64,000 nt of DNA, from NCBI GenBank assembly GCA_965248265.1, contig CBDFJF010000002.1, positions 2,304,001 through 2,368,000 on the forward strand. Direction: 5' to 3'. Numbering within the stretch: the first letter of the stretch is position 1; each line of letters opens with the position of its first letter. This DNA is from Candidatus Latescibacterota bacterium (lineage in GTDB: Bacteria; Latescibacterota; UBA2968; UBA8231). The notes under the pieces are model-generated. The model saw only the letters and a program-made list of their open reading frames with translations. It made no database searches and was not told the DNA's origin. Positions 1 through 9,083 of this stretch are shown piece after piece. The position numbers and the translations under genes were made by a program.

Positions 1-513
1 TGGACCTTCATCAAGGCCTTGGCCGGTGGCGGCCATCTGTCATGGCTGGGGATCCACACGGTCGACCAGATCCGCTTTCTCACCGGCCTCGAGGTCGAGG
101 CCGTCTCGGCGATGACGCCCGTCGTCGGCGGCACTTCCATCGACGTCGAGGATCTGGCCACCGTCAGCATGCGATTCGCTGGTGGCGCTCACGGGGCGCT
201 GTTCTCGGGGTACCTGATGCCAGAGAAGGGGCACTCGTCGATGACGGTGTACGGGTCAGAGGGCTGGGTCCGATTGAATGCCGCCGAGCGTGGTCAGCTA
301 GAATGGCGGCGCGTCGGATCCCCTAAGCGGGTCATCAGCTACTCCGGCCATGCGGGCGGGTACACCCCATGGGTGGAGCGCACGCTGCAAGCCTGCCTGG
401 GACAGTGTGAACCGCCGCTGGCGGCTGCCGACGGACTCGCCGCACTGCAGATCGTCCACGCCGCCTACCGTTCGAGTGAGACGGGGCGGACCGTGGAGAT
501 CGCCCGGAGCTAG
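1..513 (+). CDS. Gfo/Idh/MocA family oxidoreductase, C-terminal part (starts before the window)
   Basis: GGGHLSWLGIHTVD, DVEDLATVSMRF and AAYRSSETGRTV are typical of the C-terminal domain; frame is open to the window edge. Confidence 0.85.
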   Translation, partial: WTFIKALAGGGHLSWLGIHTVDQIRFLTGLEVEAVSAMTPVVGGTSIDVEDLATVSMRFAGGAHGALFSGYLMPEKGHSSMTVYGSEGWVRLNAAERGQLEWRRVGSPKRVISYSGHAGGYTPWVERTLQACLGQCEPPLAAADGLAALQIVHAAYRSSETGRTVEIARS

Positions 514-526
514 ACGATCAGCGCCA

Positions 527-707
527 TCATCCCTTGAACTCGATACTGACGGAATCGAGCTGGATGCAACCCTCCGGCACCCGCGACCTCCAGACGGGGT
601 AATCCAGGATGTGGGGATCGCCATCGATCGAACCCATGGGCTCGACCTGCAGCGGGTAGAGGACGAAGAGGATGTCCGCGTTGACATCACCGAGAATCGT
701 CGTCACG
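527..707 (-). pseudogene. 3' remnant of an unknown gene, abutting the 89-bp repeat
   Basis: GC3-rich frame ending LDYPVWRSRVPEGCIQLDSVSIEFKG*; no credible start of its own. Confidence 0.35.
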
Positions 708-796
708 TGTAGGAAGTACAAGAGCCCTTTTTCGTGATTCACGAGTCCGGACGTGAGTATTTGGCGCCATCGGTGGGTAGGGTCGGATACATCACA
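708..796. repeat. ~89-bp dispersed repeat, copy 1 (TGT...ACA ends, MITE-like)
   Basis: About 7 differences from 15936-16015 plus 17267-17274; internal palindromes CGTGA-T-TCACG and GTCCGGAC. Confidence 0.9.
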
Positions 797-863
797 GGTG
801 GCCGGCCCACCGGAGGCCTGTACATGATGACCATCCTGCAGTGACGGTGCTCCACTCTGTCCA

Positions 864-1700
864 TCAGCTCTCCGCCCTTTTCAACAGGGCCATCAGGTTT
901 TCGCCGACAATGAGGTCGCGGTCGCCGTCGCTCAGAAACGGCATTTTCCAGAACAGACCAAGCGTCTGCGAATAGGTCTGATGATTGAGACACGGCGTGT
1001 AGTCGGAGGCGAACAGCAGTCGCCCGACGCCAAACGCTTCGATTAATGCCTCGACAAGGGGCCATGCCAGTTCGTACGGATGATCGTACGACAGCTCTGT
1101 TATGGCGTAGAACCCGCTCAGCTTGACGCACACCTGCGGAAATCGAGCCAGAGCGATTACCGCTTTCAACCTGTCGCGCGCCTGCGCCTGGTCGATCAGC
1201 CCACTGACTTTGTCAGGCAGACCCAGATGGGATATGATCAGTCGAAGCTCGCGGTGACGGCCGAGGATTTCCTGCCACACGTCCCAAGCGTCTCCTCTCC
1301 AGTTGACGCTGAGGATCCACTGCTGGGCGATCAGCCACTCCCAGATCTCGTCGGGGCAGGCACGCACGGCGTCCGCGCTCCGAGGGTACATGGTCAATCC
1401 GATAACACCCTCATCGCGCCATTGCTCAAGCTCCTCGATCCCGGGTGCGTCGTCGGGCTCCACGTGGGTCGCCGGACGGACCCAGTCGTAATTTGATTGA
1501 AGGCCGATTACGAATTCGTTGTTTCTCTCGTTTCCTTCGCAGCGGCGATAACAGACGATGAGAGCCGCCGCCACGTCACTCTCCTTTGCGAGAGAATCGA
1601 AGCAGGCTGCCTCGTCCATGTGAACGCCCGGCCGGTCCGGGAACGAACCTCCCAGGGGTTTTTCGAAGAGGTGGATATGCGCGTCGGCTCGCTGTGCCAT
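864..1700 (-). CDS. Amidohydrolase_2 family metal-dependent hydrolase (lactonase-like)
   Basis: DAHIH, SHLG, VKLSG and FASDYTP motifs; GGAG RBS. Confidence 0.85.
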   Translation of the reverse strand: MAQRADAHIHLFEKPLGGSFPDRPGVHMDEAACFDSLAKESDVAAALIVCYRRCEGNERNNEFVIGLQSNYDWVRPATHVEPDDAPGIEELEQWRDEGVIGLTMYPRSADAVRACPDEIWEWLIAQQWILSVNWRGDAWDVWQEILGRHRELRLIISHLGLPDKVSGLIDQAQARDRLKAVIALARFPQVCVKLSGFYAITELSYDHPYELAWPLVEALIEAFGVGRLLFASDYTPCLNHQTYSQTLGLFWKMPFLSDGDRDLIVGENLMALLKRAES

Positions 1701-2044
1701 GTCGTGTCTCCGTTCTCAATTATTGGGGGCGACCGGTGCCGTTTCCTGGGCGCCCCAGTGCTGTTCCAGATCGCCCTGCGAGTCACTCTGGATTCCACCA
1801 CGCTCAAACCGGCATCGCCCTTGCGCCGAGCAGCCCTCAACTCGGTAATATAGACGCACGCCAGGCGGCGAACATGCAGTACCGACGATGACAATCACCG
1901 GAGAGGATGGCAAGTCCATCGTTGAGGTGATGGACGTGGCTTTCTCCCACGGTGGATCTACACGACCTTCTTTCCAACAATCCTGCGGACGTGTCCCCGA
2001 AAGTTAGAACGAGTAGTCGTCCAGAGACAGGACAGGGAACACCC

Positions 2045-3640
2045 ATGTACATTCATTCGAGATCAGTTGCAGAGAAAGTGTTCGACGTCTGGCGAAGCCC
2101 AGGCCGATTTACCAAAAACCCTGACATCATCCGCCTGGAGTCCGGCCGTCTTCTCCTCGTCTACTCCGACACCGAGTCACACTGGGGAGAATCGAAGCAG
2201 ATTCTGACGATCCTGTACAGCGACGATGACGGGAACACGTGGGCCAAATTGAGCGAAGTGGCGAGCGCTGACCGAAGCAGAGGTGATGAACGCCTGGTCA
2301 CGCCGCGGATCAGCCTGCTCAGTGACGGCCGCATTGCCGTCATCTGCGACCATGACGATTTCAGCCACTTCCACGAAGATCAGCCACCCGGCAACTGGAT
2401 CTGGTGGAGCTTCGATGAGGGCACGACCTGGGACGGTCCCCACAAACCAGACATCGGAGGCTTTGAGCCCGACCGCATTACTGAACTGCCGGATGGACGC
2501 CTGGCCGTCAGTGCGCACATCATGTTGCGCGAAAGCCAGGAATTCGCCGTGATCATGACCTCGTCGGCAGATGGCGGCCAGAGTTGGGGCAACCGTGTCA
2601 TCGTCGCCCATGATGGCTATCACCAGTTTTGCGAAGGAGCCATCATCGTCCTCGACGGCGGCGGGGAGCTGGCCTGCGTCATGCGCGAAAATCACTCCGC
2701 CGGCATCCCCTGCTTCGTCGCTTTTTCTCAGGACAATGGAGAGACTTGGAGCGATCCACAGATGTGTCCCTTCGCTCTGCACCGTCCGTACGTGAAACAA
2801 CTCGACGACGGCCGCTGCATGGCCACTGGACGTCACGTAAACGGTGGCCTGGGGTGTTACGCCTGGATCGGCGATTTGAAAGAAGAGGCGGGCACCTACG
2901 CCATCGGGGGTCCGCGCAGAAAATACGCCGCTTCAATAAGCAACGGCGCACTCACGATCGAAAACAGACCCGAGCACGAATGCCGCTACAGCCTGCTGCC
3001 ACCACGGGACCGCTTCAGCACTGTCGACTTCGAAGCGGAGTTGAAAGTATCAGGTCCTCCGGGAGAGCCCGTGGCGTTCATGTCCTGCGGCAGCATAGGT
3101 GCCCTCGTCCAAATCGGCGCTGATTTCATCACCCTTGGCGGGAGCCGGAGCACCGACCTTCACAGGAAAGTCGATTTCTCTCGCCCGAGAGCGATTGCCA
3201 TCAGGCACAAAGGAGGATTACTACGAGTGCAGGTAGACGGCGAGGACACGATCTATCACAACGTCTTTCGGGGAGAGACCCAGCTCGCAGATCCCCGCAC
3301 CGAGCGGCCAGATATGCGCACCATGTTCGGCCAGTGGGGTTACACCGGTACGAGTACCTGGACAACCGTTTCATTCGCGAGCCAGAACCGAACGTTCGAA
3401 GACTGGTCCTGGAACTGGTCGGCTGCTTCTGGCGATTACCCCGACCAGTACCAACGCGACCGCATGGTGCAGATCCACGCCAATCACCCCGATCAGAAAC
3501 CCAAACCGGATCACGGCTACTCCTCCTGGCTCTGCCTGCCTGACGGTCGAGTCCTTCTGGTCGACTACACCAACCTTGGAGACGCACCCGGCAAGAGCCA
3601 CATCGTTGGGGTGCACCTCACTGTCGATGATCTCGCATGA
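2045..3640 (+). CDS. BNR/Asp-box sialidase-like protein
   Basis: Asp-boxes SDDDGNTW, SFDEGTTW, SADGGQSW and SQDNGETW; C-terminal DHGYSSW; ATG at 2045 preferred. Confidence 0.8.
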   Translation: MYIHSRSVAEKVFDVWRSPGRFTKNPDIIRLESGRLLLVYSDTESHWGESKQILTILYSDDDGNTWAKLSEVASADRSRGDERLVTPRISLLSDGRIAVICDHDDFSHFHEDQPPGNWIWWSFDEGTTWDGPHKPDIGGFEPDRITELPDGRLAVSAHIMLRESQEFAVIMTSSADGGQSWGNRVIVAHDGYHQFCEGAIIVLDGGGELACVMRENHSAGIPCFVAFSQDNGETWSDPQMCPFALHRPYVKQLDDGRCMATGRHVNGGLGCYAWIGDLKEEAGTYAIGGPRRKYAASISNGALTIENRPEHECRYSLLPPRDRFSTVDFEAELKVSGPPGEPVAFMSCGSIGALVQIGADFITLGGSRSTDLHRKVDFSRPRAIAIRHKGGLLRVQVDGEDTIYHNVFRGETQLADPRTERPDMRTMFGQWGYTGTSTWTTVSFASQNRTFEDWSWNWSAASGDYPDQYQRDRMVQIHANHPDQKPKPDHGYSSWLCLPDGRVLLVDYTNLGDAPGKSHIVGVHLTVDDLA

Positions 3641-4203
3641 AGTCCGGATTTTGCTGCAAGCGCCACGAGAAGATTACCGCCTCCCTTGCCCGGACTATCG
3701 GCAAAGTCTCCTTTTAACGCTCCCACCAGTACCAATATCCAACGCAGCGAGAGCTGTCAGACACACCCAAAGTGGTCTGTACCTATTATACGTGGAAGAA
3801 TAGAGGGCGTTATCGCTACTTCGGTCTAGAGCGTCGGGGCGGCGTGCCTTGGGCGTGGAGGTACGCGGGCCCCGGCACCGACGTCGTGTGCGTTGGTTAG
3901 GGCTGGATATTTTCAGAAAGGGGTTGCCTGCAACGGTGAACCCCAGCGACATCTACCGCGCCAGGCGCACCGGGGCCGAGGGTCAATCAGGTGAGGTGAT
4001 TCAGTCGATGTCAGGCGCCCAGACGCGGCTCCGGCGGGCCTCCAGAAAGCTCTAGTTCTCAATTTCCAGATCTCGATATTCTGGATTCTGGTCGGAGTGG
4101 CGCTGCGAGGAGCACGTGACCTACGTGCGCTGTTGCCGTCTACGGGAGATCGACTGAAGCGTACGAGCGCTCGACCGACACGTCTGGCGCGTCCCGGTTC
4201 GGC

Positions 4204-5556
4204 TCACTCCAGGGTGTTGGAGAAGCGCCGCTCCGGCGTGGCGGGGACTCGGTCGACGAGGCGGTTGGGGCCGTCAGCCTGTTTGTGCAGCTCGAAGGCG
4301 TCGTAGAGCTCTCCGGTGACGGTGACGGCCCGGTAGCGCAGCGTGTCGGTGTCGATGGTGATCAGCTGATAGAGCTGCGTGTTCTCGGCTCCCCGGGCCA
4401 TCCAGCGATCCTCCGTCAATTGGTACATCTTGGGACCGCTGACGGAGACGACGTACATCGTGCCGCTGGAATCGCGCACGGCGGCGCCCGTGGGCAGGTT
4501 GCGACCGCGGGCGTAGGAGTGGTCGTGCCCCTGCAGAACGAGGTCGACGCCGTAGCGGTCGTAGCGCGGCTTGAAGAGCTCGCGCAGTGCCTGGTTGTCG
4601 CGTCCTTTCGCCGACGAGAACAGGGGGTGGTGGTGCGTGACCACCGTCCACCGGTTCGGGTTCGCCTGGAGCACGCCATCCAGCCATTGTGCCTGTTTTC
4701 TCAGCTGCTCGTTCGAGTTCAAGACAACGAAACGCACGTCCTGCACGTCGAGCCAGTAGACGGATTCCTCGAGTCCGGCTGGGCCGTTCAGAGGTAGGGC
4801 AAACGTCGGCCGCCAGTGATGGGAGAGACGGCGCGTGTCGTCGACCGTGGCGTACTCGTGATTGCCGGGCACGGGAATGGCCGGCACCATGGCGTGGATG
4901 AAGCTGCCCGCGTCGAACCACTCGCCCCATTCCCGGTCGCTCTCGGCGCTGTTGACGAGGTCGCCGGCGTGCAGCATGAGACGGGCGCGTGGCGCGTCGC
5001 TGAAGGCCGAGCGGATCGCCCGCGACCAGAGTGAGAGAATCGAGTTCTGCGCGTCTCCGAAATAGATGAAGGTGAACGGCTCGGCCTGGTGGCTGGCCGT
5101 GCGAAAGTGGAACCATTCGCTCCACGTCGAACGGCCGTCGCCGACCCGGTAGGCGTAGAGGGTCGCCGGCTCGAGGCCGTCGAATTCGACTTCGTGGAAA
5201 CGCGCCGGCCCGCTGTCAGCACGGAGGATCTGCGAGACGGAAGGCAGACGCTGCGCCAATTTCTCGAAACGCGGGGAGGCGTCGGCGCGCGCGATTTCGG
5301 CGAAGCCACTATCGGCGTCCGCGGCTGTGCGCCAGCTGACGGCCTGCGTCGTGGCCGGATCGGAACGCCAGGTCAGGCAGATGCGGTCCGGGCGCGAGCC
5401 GCGAGCGCCCCCGGCGTCGATGCCGGCGTCGCAACCCGCCCAACCCGCACCCAGGGAGGCCAGCGCGAGAATCACCAGAGGATGTGCCATGGCGAGATAT
5501 CGCGGGTTCCCGCGCGTGCGGTCCGTCATCAGCGAATTAGAGGCGCGTGAGCACAT
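4204..5556 (-). CDS. Purple acid phosphatase family metallophosphoesterase with FN3-like N-domain, probable lipoprotein
   Basis: FGDAQ, AGDLV, PGNHE, HHP and QGHDH motifs; hydrophobic leader ending WAGC; GGAGGAGG RBS before ATG at 5556. Confidence 0.88.
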   Translation of the reverse strand: MCSRASNSLMTDRTRGNPRYLAMAHPLVILALASLGAGWAGCDAGIDAGGARGSRPDRICLTWRSDPATTQAVSWRTAADADSGFAEIARADASPRFEKLAQRLPSVSQILRADSGPARFHEVEFDGLEPATLYAYRVGDGRSTWSEWFHFRTASHQAEPFTFIYFGDAQNSILSLWSRAIRSAFSDAPRARLMLHAGDLVNSAESDREWGEWFDAGSFIHAMVPAIPVPGNHEYATVDDTRRLSHHWRPTFALPLNGPAGLEESVYWLDVQDVRFVVLNSNEQLRKQAQWLDGVLQANPNRWTVVTHHHPLFSSAKGRDNQALRELFKPRYDRYGVDLVLQGHDHSYARGRNLPTGAAVRDSSGTMYVVSVSGPKMYQLTEDRWMARGAENTQLYQLITIDTDTLRYRAVTVTGELYDAFELHKQADGPNRLVDRVPATPERRFSNTLE

Positions 5557-5765
5557 CGGATCCTCCTCCGACGGAATATCGACCAAAGCCATTGAAGTGT
5601 CCATCCTTGTCTGCTCGCGGTCTCGACAGAGCAAGAAGCTGATCCGGCGGCGTGGGAACACTACGACCATGCTGACGCCCAGGGTGTATGAGCAGGGTGA
5701 GAAGAAGGAGTGCGAGCGCGAGCCGGTCCGGTCGAGATTCCTGAAGCCATGTGTAGCAGTGTTGC

Positions 5766-6395
5766 TCAATCAATCAGGTTGTTTTCGATGTAGTCCCAGT
5801 TGCAGGCCACACCCAACCCCGGCTCCTGGGACACTTCGACATACCCTGCGTCGTCCATGGGATCATAGAGCTTCGTGAGATGAGGCGGCGGTGTCTCGTG
5901 ATCGAGCTGGGGGCGTAACAACCCGCGCTCGTAGTAGCGGCACGTCGCCTCGGGCGATGCGGCCGCCAGGTGCACCTGCGCGGCGCCGAACGCGTGCAAC
6001 TCACATTGAAGCCCGTAGAGCTGACAGAGATTGATGACCTTCCAGCAGCCTGTGATGCCGCCGTAGTACTGGTCGATGCGCAGCATGTTGCATGCTCCCT
6101 GCAGCAGCCATTCTGCCCTTGCGAAGGGCCCTCCTTTGACATGCTCTGGGGAGCAGATTGCTATCTGCGTCTCCCTCGTCAGACGCCGGTAGGCCTCGGT
6201 CCGGGTTTCGGGCATAGGATGCTCGAGCCAGTAGTAGTTCAGCTTCTCGAGCTCGCGCGCCACCCAGAGTGATTCCTCGAGGGTGTATACACCGAATGGA
6301 TCCAGCATGAGCACGATGTCGTCACCGACGGCTTCGCGCACGGCTCTGCAGATCTCGATGTCTTCTTTCGGGAATCCGGGCAACTGGGGAGCTGG
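5766..6395 (-). pseudogene. Mandelate racemase/enolase superfamily enzyme, 5'-truncated
   Basis: RAVREAVG, LMLD, WLEHP and PGLG present; N-terminal capping domain missing; in-frame TAG at 6396-6398. Confidence 0.8.
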
Positions 6396-6399
6396 CTAG

Positions 6400-6680
6400 G
6401 GCCCGTTGGGTAGAAGATTGCCCGCGTCTTGGTGTCGAATGAAAATCTGAGCTTTTGTGATGGACGGGATGGGTACTTTGGCCTTGCGGGGGCTGGGCGA
6501 GGGTGGATTCCGGCCCCGGCTTTGGTTACGCACCGATCCCGTCGGATCAGGCAGCGTAATCGAACTCAGACTGCTGGGAAGTCCTTGCCTGGGCGATGGG
6601 TGGAGGGCGAGCCGGCAGACCGACACCCTCAAGGTAAGACCGAATGGAGTGGTTCTACGACGCAAAAGGCTGATTCCGGT
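6400..6680 (-). mobile_element. IS91/ISCR-family remnant: transposase C-terminus and downstream oriIS-like region
   Basis: 6654-6547 reads SIRSYLEGVGLPARPPPIAQARTSQQSEFDYAA*, resembling the Pro-rich tail of IS91-type transposases; a ~140-bp noncoding tail ends at the truncated enolase gene. Confidence 0.6.
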
Positions 6681-7020
6681 CGCAGATTTCAGTTCGAATC
6701 TCGGACCGGTGCTATGCAGAAGGAAGCCCTGCATGTACAATGTTATACAGTCTGTATGAACATAGTTACGCTGCTGAAAGAACCGCTGATCTGCAAGCCA
6801 CCGGCGTCCAATACCTCACGTTCAAGAAAGCCAAGGGAAAGTAAATCATCTCACACAAGACCTCGCATGAGCGGGCCCGACGGTGCGTGGCGCTCGCCGA
6901 GAGCGAGGACTTTCGGCGATCTCCGAATCCCGCTTGATCCTCCAGTCGGGCCTGATCGACGAGGCCGACATCGAGAATCACGGGATGGTTGGGTTAAGAA
7001 ATTCGCCTTCGCGCTTAGCG

Positions 7021-7887
7021 TTATGCAAGCGCCTCGAAATACCTCTTCTCGCGCATCCAATCAATCCAGCGTTGACGTCTCGGGCGATTGTCGGGATTGG
7101 CTATCCAGTCCGGGTGGTACTCCGGTCTCAGCTTATCAAAGGTCTCCTTAGCGCGCGCCGCCCGAACCTTACGCGAAAGAAGCACTTGCTCGTTTATGGC
7201 TTCGTCTTCTTCAGGCGAAACGGCTTGCTTAATAAAAATCATCGATAACATGCGCCTACCATTTGACCCTCCTGTACTGGCATGCCAAACCCTGAAATCA
7301 AAGACAATAATATCGCCCGGATTCACGGAGCAGATAAAGGCGGGGACTTCACAAATATCGAAACCAGTGTCTGAATCTGAATCAGCATTAGTAACCTTAG
7401 TGTCCCGCTCGAGACCGTCATGCTTTGGTTTGCGCATTTCGATTTGCTTTATATCGTCATGCAGTGGGTAACTGTGTGATCCAGGGATTACGCGTAGGGC
7501 GCCATTATTGCCATTGAGCGGCTGTAAATAAGTGACCACCTTAATCCCGTGCATTCGTCGAAAATTGGAATCGGGATGCCAGGCTGTATCACCAGATTTA
7601 CTGGAAGCATTGCAGGAAATCCCGTAAAATCCATCCGTATATATTGAATCTACAATTTCGATTATCCGTGAATCTTCCAATAGCGATCCCGTAAATGGAG
7701 TATCCGGTCCAAGGTTGGGCCAGCTCATGGACAACAATTTTTCTGCTTTAGATTTTGCATCCGTGGTCGTCGCCAATTTAGCATCAAACTCTGCGTTTAA
7801 CTTGTGGACTTCCTCCACACTGAGAACATTCCTCAGGATGAGAACCCCAAAAGTATTGAAATAGCCGACTTGTGCCTGAGTAAGCAT
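7021..7887 (-). CDS. Phytanoyl-CoA dioxygenase (PhyH) family protein, low GC
   Basis: WHPD, ALRVIPGSH and PGDIIVFDFRVWHAS; visibly AT-richer than its flanks. Confidence 0.88.
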   Translation of the reverse strand: MLTQAQVGYFNTFGVLILRNVLSVEEVHKLNAEFDAKLATTTDAKSKAEKLLSMSWPNLGPDTPFTGSLLEDSRIIEIVDSIYTDGFYGISCNASSKSGDTAWHPDSNFRRMHGIKVVTYLQPLNGNNGALRVIPGSHSYPLHDDIKQIEMRKPKHDGLERDTKVTNADSDSDTGFDICEVPAFICSVNPGDIIVFDFRVWHASTGGSNGRRMLSMIFIKQAVSPEEDEAINEQVLLSRKVRAARAKETFDKLRPEYHPDWIANPDNRPRRQRWIDWMREKRYFEALA

Positions 7888-7902
7888 CTTTTTTAATAAA
7901 AA

Positions 7903-8110
7903 CATGATAGGAAATCTGATTTTGACACGGTGTTGACGGAGCTTACGTTAACCTGGCACGCCCAGCTCGTCAACGGGTTGACTCCTTGTAAGTCGGTAGG
8001 GCTGCCGGCCCGGCCACCGGCGATCGCACCACCTCGGGCCTCGCCCCAGCCCGAGTTCGCAGCCTGAGGCCTCTTTCGATCGCCGCCAACGCCGGCCGCA
8101 CGGCCTCGTC
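7903..8110 (-). mobile_element. Putative IS91/ISCR oriIS-like end
   Basis: Minus strand ends AATCAGATTTCCTATCAT followed by GTTT; subterminal inverted repeat GTTGACGAGCT/AGCTCCGTCAAC; GC content drops at this point. Confidence 0.4.
7945..7973 (-). promoter_or_regulatory. Sigma70-like promoter facing the PhyH gene
   Basis: TTGACG-17 bp-TAACGT on the minus strand. Confidence 0.45.
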
Positions 8111-8114
8111 GGGC

Positions 8115-8657
8115 TCAAGCGCCATTTCGAGCGCCTAACGTTGTCACACCACCCTCCCGCCAGACGGCGCACCCCAGCCATACCCAGGCAAGGCCTAATG
8201 GGACAGCCAGAAAGGCACGCCTATCCTGAGAACTGGTAAGAGTGAACAGCAGCGCGCCGACGATGAGCAGGGTAGCCGCCGCGCGCGGAAGCACTTTTGC
8301 CCGGAGGGTGGCGAGACCGAACAGGGCGAAGCCGGCGGTCAGTGTTCCGAGGGCCACCATGACGATCACAAAGGCGTTCTCGATGTCCAAGGCCTGTCCA
8401 AGGCGCGCAGCTCCCATTAGAGCGAGTCCAATCCATGGGAGGGCGAACCCTGCCTTTCCGACCAACCCCATCCGCTTGGCCTGCTGGAAATACGCGCCCG
8501 TTAGCCCGACCATGATCAGCGAAAGGAAAATCATGGCCAAGATGTTGAAGTTTCCCCATCCCCCTCTACCAATGCCGCCACGTGGAACGACGGGCAAAGA
8601 TGCATCACGCCAGTGCAAGAAGAACAACCCCGAGTTCGTGGATTGCGTCTTCTTCAT
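8115..8657 (-). CDS. Hypothetical membrane protein (possibly 5'-damaged)
   Basis: About five hydrophobic segments; GFALFGLATLRAKVLPR. Confidence 0.55.
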   Translation of the reverse strand: MKKTQSTNSGLFFLHWRDASLPVVPRGGIGRGGWGNFNILAMIFLSLIMVGLTGAYFQQAKRMGLVGKAGFALPWIGLALMGAARLGQALDIENAFVIVMVALGTLTAGFALFGLATLRAKVLPRAAATLLIVGALLFTLTSSQDRRAFLAVPLGLAWVWLGCAVWREGGVTTLGARNGA

Positions 8658-8789
8658 ACCTCATTCATCGTCACACGAGGGAGCAGTGTGCGTGGCTGCT
8701 GTTCAGAACGAGATACAAGACAACGGTCGCTGGTCTCCATCTTCCGAGGTGCGGCCAGTGCTGCAGAATGAGGTCGTAGCCGCTGAGGC

Positions 8790-9060
8790 GCGCGAAACAC
8801 GGGGCAAGTACTCCGACCTAAAGAACACGAAAACAAAGACCAAGACGAGCAACGCAGCAATCAATGATGCCGCGTACCAGATCACAATTGCCACACAAGC
8901 GATTGCGCGCCAGGCTAGTCAGTTCATGGGGAAACTCTCTGGATCCGCAACGGAGCCACCGCCGTGGACGACTCAGCTGTTCATGCCTGCCATAGTCACG
9001 TCTGCGCACCTCTTCGTATGCGACTACAGCCCCGATGACGTTGCGCCACAGACTGACACA
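8790..9060 (+). pseudogene. Internal fragment of a hypothetical protein
   Basis: Protein-like stretch TSNAAINDAAYQITIATQ...FMPAIVTSAHLFVCDY with no credible start; lower GC. Confidence 0.3.
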
Positions 9061-9083
9061 GGCTGCGATGGTGAGTGTCATGG

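Noticed and set aside
708-796. 89-bp repeat as an integron attC site or CRISPR repeat
   Set aside because: No RYYYAAC...GTTRRRY ends, no integrase and no array
3641-4203. Long intergenic region as an ncRNA or riboswitch
   Set aside because: No recognisable motif or strong structure; lies between convergent genes
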